Shown: one piece after another, positions 54,066 to 64,000 of the stretch
How positions within the stretch are numbered: the stretch's first letter is position 1
Layout of the letters: the number at the start of each line of letters is the position of its first letter
Assembly: GCF_963506605.1 (NCBI RefSeq)
Contig: NC_083285.1
Coordinates: 37,820,001-37,884,000 of the forward strand
Origin: Zootoca vivipara
Lineage: Eukaryota
DNA: 64,000 nt
Reading direction: 5' to 3'
The notes under the pieces: model-generated
The model's input: the letters and a program-made list of their open reading frames with translations, nothing else
Database searches by the model: none
Told to the model about the DNA's origin: nothing
Program-made: the position numbers and the translations under genes

Positions 54066-56438
54066 TAGTGATAAGTTTTGAAATGCAGGAGCAAATCATG
54101 AATTTTTGGAGAATCCACAAATGCGGAGAGCATATGAAGGAGGAATGACTAGTCTTTCAAGAAGACTTTTTGTAGCATAAATGCACATTCCTAACCATGA
54201 CTACTCTGAAATAAGTCCTGTTAAATTATGAGGGGCTTACTTCTTGGCAAATGAAGTTAGGATTGCCACATAAACTTTTCTGGATCATGACTACAGTCCT
54301 ATGTAGCATTGCCTAGTGGTAAGCATCATTGAACTCAGTGGTGCTTACTTCTAACTGCACTGGCTAAACTGGAAAAGCACATTAATAAGCCTTTTAAAAA
54401 AATTCAGTCAGCTGACATATTACTTCTAGCTTTTAATTAGACATGCCAACAACGTTGCAAAGAAGAGGTCCCATTTAAATTGCTGGCACGACGTAGAAAA
54501 CCCAGGAAAGAAAAGGACCTGAAAGCATTGTCATCGCCTGCTGGAACAAGGACTGGCTGTAAGTTACCCTGGTGGTCCAGCAGATGATGTTGTTGCTCCT
54601 GCTCTGAAAAAGGTCCCAGAAATGAGCTTCCAGGAGTGGCTTGCTCAGTGGGGCAGAGGCACAGCAGCAGCAGCAGCTCTGTGGTTTATGAGGGAAGGGC
54701 AAGCTGGGACTGCACAGATACGCAGGTGAGGGCACCACATCCGTTTCAGTGGTGGACCTGCACAGATGTGATTTCCCTGCCGTCTCTTACCTCCGTCTTC
54801 CTGGTAAGCAGAAGTGACACTGCTGCTTTGAGGCTATTGTTGCCTTTCTGTTCTTCTAGACAAGCTGTGCCTGTGTGTTCCTTCACATTCCCCTTCCATT
54901 GCACCACCAACTGCGGTTCTGAAGTAATGTAAGTGCTATTGTGGATCCAAAATTGGATATTATCCGCAGCTTCCAGTGGCACCATCACCATGAGCTTCTA
55001 CACAATGATTTCCACTTACTTTCCAGCGCAGAGTTGGAACACCTCGAAAGGTTACCCAGGCCCCTGCCAAAGATATTTCTTCTGTGTTTAATAACTCTTA
55101 CACATGAAAGTGGAATAGGATTCTGAAGTGCACCTCCAGTCCTCACTGCTCAAAGGCATTGCCTGCCCACATGGACTTGACAAATGAAGCTTTGATATGC
55201 CCCCCCCCCACTCTCCTGAAACTTGATTATGGAATGAAGGATGACTTCCAGTATAGAACACAATAGAAATAATTGCTGTTATCTGACAGAGAGAAAAAAT
55301 GTGCCAGATTAATATTCAGACAGAACAAAACATTAGTTCACATAAAACCACCATCCTCGGGAAACCCAAAATAGCATTAAACCTTTGGTAAATGAAGTAA
55401 TATTTTACATTTTGCCATCACATTGGTGATTTTTTTTAAAAAAGAACTTTTGCAGCAGACTTAACAATACCAGAGATACAGGACAAAGCATTAGAATAGA
55501 TATAGAGAAGAATCTTTCATTTTATAAAACACGGACCATCCTAAAAGGATGATATGAGCATGTATGCCTTTTTGTGTGTAGCCTTTTTCTGGATTTATCT
55601 TTTTAAAAGGAAAGGATTTCCATTGGGATTTGCTGGTCTAAATCCATTTTCTCTTCAGCATACGAAATGACAGTCCATTCTCAATGCCCCAATATTAATT
55701 TTTCAAGCATGTCTGTATATTCATCTGCCAACCATCAACAAATTTCCTGGGTTTCTATTAGCTTGTCTCAAGCTGCTGGCAAGCTAAATTTCTCTAACAG
55801 GCATCAATTCGACGTATTAAATGCCTGTTCTGCCCTAGAAGACATATTGATTATTTTTTTTCTCAGCAAAGTGACAAATACCATTTTCATGACTATAATA
55901 GAGATTGATTACAATTTTATGGAACACAGAGGGAGTTGATCTTAGTGAGACAGCCTCGGGGCATATAAAAATTGAAGAAAATAATTTGGATTAATAAAGA
56001 AATTAATGAATTCACGGGCCGATGATAGAGTTGAAGCATTCTAGAGATAATGAAAGCTACAGTAGATGCACGGTTGTTACTGAATTGTGAAGTAAATTTA
56101 AATGTGCTTAAAATTACTAGTGATTAAAAACTTGTGGAAAATAACTGGGGTTTTTTGTTCAAATTTAAATGTTGTGTGGCTTAAGCTTGAGTTTTGAACA
56201 ATTGGATGTTTTAAAAGTGCTGGGTGTACTTTTTGCACAATGGACTTTTCAAGGTAATGGTGTATTTAGATGCATAAAGTGAAATTATGTATTTCTCTGC
56301 ATATCCCATTCTCATGTGTGCATGCATACATATTACATACTTAAACACACAGACAATATGAATTGATGTTAGAGAATCCTATCCTCCAGTTCTGTGTGTG
56401 GCTAGCTGTTCCCCTGAAATTCCTCTGCTACTCTCAAG

Positions 56439-56528
56439 CATAGCTGCCAAGTTTTCCCTTTTCTCGCGAGGAAGCCTATTCAGCATAAGGGAAAATCCCT
56501 GTAAAAAAGGGATAACTTGGCAGCTATG
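56439..56528. mobile_element. 90-bp hAT mini-MITE, inverted copy of 40769-40858
   Basis: Same TIR; perfect TSD ctctcaag (56431-56438, 56529-56536). Confidence 0.92.
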
Positions 56529-56699
56529 CTCTCAAGGAAAGACAGATTTACTTTTTATTTAGCAGATGGACTTCTGTACATACAATATTTAGGCACTAGG
56601 CAAGGTCTGCAAGAACCAGACTGTAGGTTGCTGGATGTTAACCAGTCAATTTGGCTTATTACAGGGCACAACATTTTTTAAATTAAAAATATTTATATA

Positions 56700-56928
56700 C
56701 AGTCATACCTCGACATCCGAACGACTCGACTTCCGAAGGTTTTGACTTCCGAAGTCGACAACCCCAGAAGTCTTTTCGCCGTGCATGCCCTGCACACGCG
56801 GTCGGCACATGCGCAGAAGCGCAAAATCGCGCTCGCGCATGTGCAGAACAGGCGTTTCGACAACTGAAGACTTCGACTTATGAAGATGGCCACGGAACAG
56901 ATTGTCTTCATAAGTCGAGGTAGCACTG
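56700..56928. mobile_element. Tc1/mariner (Tigger-like) MITE
   Basis: TA|cagtcatacctcgac ... gtcgaggtagcactg|TA. Confidence 0.88.
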
Positions 56929-57127
56929 TATCATTATGTCATGTGTGTGTGGGGGGGTATGTGTGCGCGCAATAAAACATAAATCTGTACAATAAAACAT
57001 CAAAAACGTTTTAAAATGTTACCTTTCCAGAGTCCAAAACATGTCTTAAAATCAGCACAGAGGGTTGCAACCCAACCCTCACCACACGGAGGGTGCTCAT
57101 CTGAGGTTTTGGGCACAGCTCCAAAGA

Positions 57128-57355
57128 ACATGGAATCATAGACTTATAGGACTAGGGACCCCAATGGTCATCTAGTCCAACACCCTACAAGGCAAGAATC
57201 TCAACTAAAGCACCCATGACAGATGGCTATCCAACCTCTGCTTAAAAAACCTCCAAGGAAAGAGGCCACAACTTCTTGAGGGAGACTGTTCCACTCTGGA
57301 ACAGCTCTCACTGTCAGAAACTTCTCCCTGATGTTTAGTTTTTGTAACTTGAAAC
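57128..57355 (-). mobile_element. CR1 LINE 3' end
   Basis: Similar to 19835-20050 and 44400-44640. Confidence 0.8.
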
Positions 57356-57590
57356 ATGAACATGATTCCTTGTCCTACTCCAGACAGGTGTGATGGTGCA
57401 TATTGTCTAATCACTTGACTTACAATAGGACTATCATTTAGAAATTCTAGGTCGTACCGAAAGTGAGGTTGGCCTGAGGGCTGCTTCACATATGATATTT
57501 TACAAGCTGATACAAATTTTCACATCTCTCACCAGCCTTAAGATCCATTTTCTTGCATTTAGGTGTGTGTGTGTGTTGTTTTTTAAAATA

Positions 57591-58302
57591 CAGTGGTACC
57601 TCTAGTTACGAACTTAATTCGTTCCGGGGGTCCGTTCTTAACCTGAAACTGTTAACTAGAGGCGTGCTTTCGCTAATGGGGCCTCTTGCTGCTGCTGCGC
57701 CGCCGGCACACCATTTCCATTCTCATCATAGCTGTCAACCCTCCCGTTTTTCACGGGAAACACTCTTATTTCAATCCGTTTCCCGTGGCTATCCTGGATT
57801 GTAGAAATCCTGTAAATTTCCCGGGTTTCAAAGCAGCTCCTTTCCCCGCCCCCCGCGAGCAAGCAGCCAGCCGCCGCCCGGTAAAACACCTCGCTCGGTG
57901 GCTGGCTGCTTGCTCACTTGCCGAGTGCTGCCGGAAATCACCTCTGCGCATGTCCAGACATGCGCAGAACTGATTTCTGGTGCCGCTCTGCCCATGTCTG
58001 GGCACCGGAAATCACTTCTGCGCATGTCTGGACATGCGCAGAACCGATTTCCAGTGCCCCAGACATGGGCAGAGCCGGCACCAGAAGCTGCTTCTGTGCA
58101 TGTCTGGACATGCACAGAACCGATTTCTGGTGCCGCGCCGCTGGGTGAGGCTGCCGAACCCTTATTTTCCAATCCGTAAGTTGACAGCTATGGTTCTCAT
58201 CCTGCGGCAAAGTTCTCAACTCGAGGTAACTCTTCCAGGTTAGCGGAGTTTGTAACCTGAAGTGTTTGTAACCTGAGGCGTTTGTAACTCGAGGTACCAC
58301 TG
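57591..58302. mobile_element. Tigger-like MITE carrying a nested hAT insertion
   Basis: TA|cagtggtacctctagttac ... gtaactcgaggtaccactg|TA. Confidence 0.9.
57727..58192. mobile_element. Nested 466-bp hAT element (catagctgtcaac TIR) with internal palindromic repeats
   Basis: TIR catagctgtcaac / gttgacagctatg; TSD attctcat (57719-57726) / gttctcat (58193-58200). Confidence 0.9.
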
Positions 58303-59112
58303 TAACTTTTTACTGAACTTATTCGTGCCACATTTTCCACGTGAAACTGCTCAATATGTTTGGTGTCAGCATTTGGAAACTACATTTGAAAAAGCTTCAT
58401 CCTTCTGCAAATTGCCGAGTATTTAGTTTCATTTTTGTTTTGTAAATATAAATCAAGTTTCTGTGAATATAATTGCAGCTAATTAATGTTTGTGATTGCA
58501 TGTTAAAATGTTGTTGTAGTCATTTGCTCCTTCATTTATTTATGCTTTGTTTGATGCATTGGAATTTTGGCTGCGTAGTGACTGAATGATCAAGTACCTG
58601 ATTCCTGTAATAGGTGGAGGGCTCTCAAATCAGTCTCTCTGGATTTATTTAGCTGGTACCAATTACTCCCTCATGGTAAACAATCAAAGTACTTGTATCT
58701 GCAAGCAGTAGATAACCTGGAAATCAAATATATCTGCTGTATACAGATCCATAAAGAGATTGTCCTGACAGCTAAAAGATGTGATTGCACATAACACCCG
58801 CTCTATCTCTCACACAGCCTAACAGAGACAGTTGTGGCTATCTTGGTGTGAAAGAAAATGTAAGAGAGGTACTTACCACTGGGAATGCAGGGTTAAATCT
58901 TCCCTCAGTTTACATATCTATTGGCTAGTAGTCCTTGCAAAAGGAACACCACTTAAGAAATAAGTGGTGTGCTTATAACAATATAAAGGAATTAACAATA
59001 ATGCACAAATGTAATCAGCAAAATTTCAAAGCAAATACATACTGAGATATTGGCTAATGTCATTCTCAGGGTGGGCCTCTAGGTTTGGGGCTGGGTCTTA
59101 AGAAAATATAGG

Positions 59113-59500
59113 CTAGGGGAGTGATTCAATTTGGTTTACATTTAAGGGCAAACTTACAAAAGCCACACTTCTGAAATATGTGAATCAAAATCCACACTTT
59201 GAATTTTGCCATGCAGTTCTTCAGCTAAGACAAGTAATGTCTAAAAAAACACATAGGCTAGGGTAAAGTGTGCATAAAAATGCATGTATTAGTGAAAGTA
59301 GCAAACAAAAATATTACATTAGGGAATGTTGCTTTGAAAAAAAATGTTTGCATTGGGCAAAAGTGCTTATAACGCGTACTAGGAAACATTCACACAAAAA
59401 TGCTGATGAATTTTCATGAAGACTTAAAGAAAAGCACATATCGATGTGGAAATGTAGGGAAACGAACTTAAGCTTGGAAAAATGAGAAAGTGGGACTGAC
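59113..59500 (+). mobile_element. Old Harbinger-like MITE
   Basis: Same family as 48290-48650. Confidence 0.55.
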
Positions 59501-59511
59501 TGGAAAATTTA

Positions 59512-59653
59512 CCAGAAGCGACTTAGTCATGCTGGCCACATGACCCGGAAGCTGTCTGCGGACAAACGCCGGCTCCCTCGGCCTATAGAGCGAGATGAGC
59601 GCACAACTCCAGAATCGTCCGCGACTGGACCTAAACATTCAGGGGTACCTTTA
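59512..59653 (+). mobile_element. Sauria SINE 3' fragment
   Basis: ccagaagcgacttagtcatgctggccacatgacccggaagctg...aggggtaccttta, matching 4955-5091. Confidence 0.88.
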
Positions 59654-60901
59654 CATGAAGGCCCAGCATCACATATGAGTAGAGAATTTGTGCACAATTC
59701 AGCCCATGTGCAGGATACTTCCTCTCCTTTGGGGAGGGGAAGGATCAAACTGGGTGAAAACATGTTTGCCAGTTGCCCGGCTCACAGATGATGCCAGGTT
59801 TAGGGCAGCACGAGTCTAGGAGGGCAGCTTCTCAAAGCCCAGTAAGCACTTGCCCAGCTTCAGGAAGGAGGTGTGAGGGCTCTGACAGGGTCCCAGAGTC
59901 CTCCTACCTCCTCCCCAAAGCCATGGGCCATGCCAGAGCCTTGCGCCTCTTTCCCAAAGACTGACCCAAAGCCAGTGTTGTGAGAGCTGGAGGAAGGGCA
60001 TCAAATGTTGGCCTCACACAGGGTGGCATATTACCAAGGTCTGGACCTATTTATATAATGTTGGGCACATCTGAGATCCCACCCCAGTCTCAATCTCATG
60101 AAGGATGTCACTGGGAGCCCAATGTTTGCACCAGGCTGGTACATGCTATGCAACAGACCTGCTGCATTGCTTTGATAAGTCATAACCTATTGCCTTCATT
60201 TCATTTTCTGTTAAATTTCATTTCCTTTTCCTTTTCCTGCTTCTCTTAATAACCTAATGAATATAACAGGGTTGCCTGTCTTTTTTCCTCCCTGATACAA
60301 CGTTCATTTAAAAACTGCTTGCTTACAAACTGTCATACTTTAGAATCCTGCCAATGAAAACTGGAGCAGTGTTTTGATTATGCTACCAGCTGGAATAACT
60401 ATGGCCTCTGTTGCAACTACAGAAATAATTGTTTCTGTTGAATTATTTATTTGCAAGGATTAAGTTTGAATGGATACCACAGGAGGTAGCTTTGAATGAG
60501 TTTAGGCAATAGAACAACGTTATTTACATCCTGGCATTCTGAAAAAAGTGTAGATTTAATGGCCTTTTACCAACCTTCTGCTAGCGTAATGTATATGTAG
60601 CTATTTTTAATTGAATGCCTTATTGAGGATGCCAAAAATATGCAAGTAAAACATCCACAGTAATGTGTAAGGATTTTAATTAGTTTTAAGACAGTGGCCT
60701 GTCTCCAAAGATTCTCATATTCAACCACTGAACAGTTGGTCAGTGGGTCAGATTTGACAGCACAAATCATCTAATTGGACTGGAGAACAGAAGGGAGACC
60801 TGGATGCAGGCCTGGCCCAAACAGGTGATCCATCTGCACCTTAACCCTCCATTGAGTAAGAGGGGGGCTATGAATGCAGACCTGTGTGCAGAACCTTAGC
60901 A

Positions 60902-60979
60902 CAGAAACACATAATACAATCTAAAAGCTGATTCATACACCAGAAACACATAATACAATCTAAAAGCTGATTCATACAC
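60902..60979 (+). repeat. Exact 39-bp tandem duplication
   Basis: cagaaacacataatacaatctaaaagctgattcatacac twice. Confidence 0.95.
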
Positions 60980-61239
60980 CAGTCCTTGCAGGATTGGAGT
61001 GCAAGCTTTTAAACCTGTTGATTAAAGCTATAAAGAAAACCATATACACTGCCAATTTGGCCTCAGATGAAAACTTGTTTCAGAATGCACCAGCAAAACA
61101 AATAATTCAAATCAAATCCACATTATATGGTTATAATAACTAGTCCGCAAATATTAGATGCAAATAAATGACACATTGGGTGTCTCATTGGCGTGAAGGT
61201 AGTGTCTATATCATAATGCCATTATACCAATCTGATGTG

Positions 61240-61760
61240 ATCAAGGTGATGGAGTAAAGGTTACTACATTTGGGGCTTTTTAGTTTAAAGAAAAGGCAAG
61301 TAAGAGGGAACACGATAGAGGTGTGCGATGTACGTGGTGTGGAAAAAGTGGGTGGAAGGGAAAATGTCTTCTCTTATAGTATTAGACCTTGGAGTTATCC
61401 AATGAAGCTGATTTTGCAAGATTCAGGACTGAGAAAATAAAATACTACTTCACACAGTGCATGGTTAAAACTGGAATTTGCTCTCAAAAGATACAGTGGT
61501 GGTCACCAACCTGAATGACTTTAAAAGAGGATTAGACAAATCCATGGAAGGTAGGACTATCGGCGGCTTTAAGCCACAGTGGCGATATTCTACTTCCACT
61601 GTCAGATGTAGTATACCTGTGAATGCTAGGTGCTAGGAATCATGGGTGGTGAAAGTGGTGTGCTCAGGTTCTGCTCATGGGCTTCCCAGGGATATCTTCT
61701 TGGCCACAATGGGAACAGTGCTGGACTTAATGGGCTTTTGGACTAATTTATCAGGTTTTT
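61240..61760 (+). mobile_element. Old CR1 LINE 3' fragment
   Basis: tttggggctttttagtttaaagaaaaggcaagtaagaggg (GLFSL.KR..RG) and tttaaaagaggattagacaaat. Confidence 0.75.
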
Positions 61761-63774
61761 CACATGTTGTTTCATACGAAATGTGGCTTGTAGATCTGAG
61801 TCAAATGTCTCCTGAACCCAAAGGGGTTCCCCAGTCCCTGGTTTTGAGGGCGAATCAATGGTCCTATACTGAAGGAAATGGATAATTCCGTTTGTGTAAG
61901 AGATCCAATTGCAATGTGCGTTTCCCAAATGTTTTTTTTAAAAAAGGGGGGGGCACACATATTGGGCACACCAATATATGATGTATAGGAACGATCTGAA
62001 AGAGCCAAGTTGGTTGTGCCTAAGAGTGTCCCTGAAGACGCCTCTCATTTGGTAAAACATGTGGGTCTCAGTCAACACACATCTGTGTACCTGGAGACTT
62101 TCAACTGCGCTTTGGTACCTTCCTGCTTTTCTTTTCTATTTGCCAACTTACAGGAAAGAGGGATTTAGGGAGTCATTGGTGGCCGAAGCAGTTAACATGC
62201 TAGCTGTCCATATGTGTGCATGTATGTATATGTATTCTGGCTGTCAGTGCCCTCTTCAAAAGCTAGTTGCTGTGTTGAGGACTAGATTATTATTATTTTT
62301 AATCAGTGTTTGAAAGCTCTGTCGACTGCACATGCCTTGAATGCTTGATGCTGCACTACTGCATAAGCTGGATTGTATCAGATCATTTGCCTAGAAAATA
62401 TCATGTGAGGTATATTTTGTATTAGCAAATTGAGATGAATGCCAAATGCATTTTAATACGATCACTTTGTTTTTTGCTATTTCCTTTCTTTGCTGAACAG
62501 TTTCTTAGATCAGATCAGGGGTGGGGGGGATCACATCATTAAACAATAATTTTCTGAATTTTACCATTTCATTTTAAAAGAACGTGCTTATTCAGGACAC
62601 TAACGCTTTCCATGAAATAGGCTCTTTAGTACATAAGTGGCTATTTTCCCTTGCAGTCTGACTTCCTGTGGGTTTGACTGCAGAATAGCAGGTATACTAT
62701 TCCAAAGTGTCTTTACAAGTGGCTCAGCAGGGTCTCTGTGCTGTACATCCACGGGAGACAGCTCATCTGTTTAATCCTTATGTTTTAGTCAACCTTCCTT
62801 ATTATGTGTGCAGGGCTCCGATGCTCAGCTGGATTTTGACTTTCAGAATGAATTGATGGAGCTCTTTGATCTTTGCTGTGTATTGCATCTGTTTCATCTT
62901 TCATCCTAATGCACGATCTTCCCAACTCCAGCTTTATTTTTCCACATGAATTCATCATGTTGTTTTTTTTACTTTGCTCTCCTATTTCTTTGCATTCCCT
63001 TCTTATGTGCATTGAACTTGATGTGGCATCATTTGAATATGACAGCTGTTTTGTATATGTAATTTAAAGATGCACAAGATGGCCGAAGAAATGTATGCTT
63101 AATTGGGAGGAACATTTAACACAAGCCAAATCTTTAAATGGGATGAGGAACCATCTAAAAAAAATACCCAGACAAATTCTTGTAGACATTTCATATGTTC
63201 ATTATCAAGATAATCACTATATCATTATAAAGTCTCCCATAAACATGGGATAACTTCTGCCTATTGAGAGGGAGGGAGGAATATAATAGAATTAAATAGA
63301 CATTTAGTAGTGCTATCCTATACCCGCCTGTTCAGAAGTAAACCCCATTGAGTTCAACAGGGATTACGCTCAGGCAAGTGGACACAGGATTGCAGTTTAT
63401 GTTACTTTATTTGCCATCATGCATTATTGTGACACTCATTCAATATCCTAGGAAATCATCCTCTTATTTAGGAACTGAAATGCAATGCAATTGTATTTTT
63501 CTGGTACAGTAGTATGATGATGGAGGTAGCAATCTGCTTCCAAGAAGATGGAGATTGGATCGGCTTCCAAAGTACTTTAATTTCATTGATTGGCCAATAT
63601 TGGTCTTTAAATTTGGTGCAATATTAGGATTCAGTGTATTTTAGAAGAGTCGGTCTACAGTGATGTAATAAATTTCAGGAAGACTTTTACAAACCCTCTA
63701 GCAAATTTTCCAGACTTGTTTTTTGAGCTTGCCTTAGAACTTCAGTTCTAGGAAAGAAATTTCTACCTTTCTTC

Positions 63775-63940
63775 ATGTACTTTGCATGGAGAAAGTCCCA
63801 GGTTTAATTCCCAGCATTTCCAGGTAGGACTAGGGAAAACTCCTGCCTGAAACCCTGAAGGATCCTGCATATTAGCATAGACAATACTGAAACAGATGAG
63901 CCAATAACTGTGCATGTGACTACGGTATATGCAAACTTCT
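63775..63940 (+). mobile_element. Old tRNA-derived squamate SINE (Squam3-like)
   Basis: gtcccaggtttaattccc B-box-like motif plus ctgcctgaaaccctg...gacaatactg; related pieces at ~3420-3990 and ~21250-21325. Confidence 0.55.
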
Positions 63941-64000
63941 CCTGCACCCATATAGATAGTTGTCTAGAACTTAGATTCTAAATTCTAAAGTACTTGAAAT

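Noticed and set aside
53306-54120. Longest ORFs (up to 224 aa)
   Set aside because: They arise from GC-rich, stop-poor MITE sequence with clear TIRs and TSDs, and show no protein-like features
54475-55126. Moderately GC-rich unique segment with several short ORFs
   Set aside because: No recognisable homology or coherent splice-site pair; it could be regulatory but cannot be supported from sequence alone
57553-58300. Multiple overlapping ORFs
   Set aside because: They lie within nested non-autonomous transposons

Overview
Eukaryotic, AT-rich, repeat-dense vertebrate DNA. Lacertid-type Sauria (Squam1) SINEs point to a squamate reptile, probably a lacertid lizard. There is no long ORF, RNA gene, CRISPR array or prokaryote-like system. 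The window looks like the 5' intronic part of a large + strand gene that I cannot name. It has candidate alternative first exons (donors after 7683 and 15446) and two candidate internal exons (41857-41992 and 43787/43795-43911) whose splice phases fit together. The rest is mostly transposon debris: Sauria SINEs, CR1 and L2 LINE 3' fragments, two related LTR-like elements, many hAT and Tc1/mariner-type MITEs (several with intact TSDs, one nested in another), microsatellites, and a 129-N gap at 33806-33934. Most worth following up: the dual-frame, tandem-acceptor exon architecture; a 360-bp cassette of 3x68-bp CCAAT/CACCC repeats between long direct repeats; two LTR-like copies with shuffled modules; and NRF1/ETS-like palindromes carried by unrelated MITE families. 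Repeat-family names come from recalled resemblance and structure, not from database searches.
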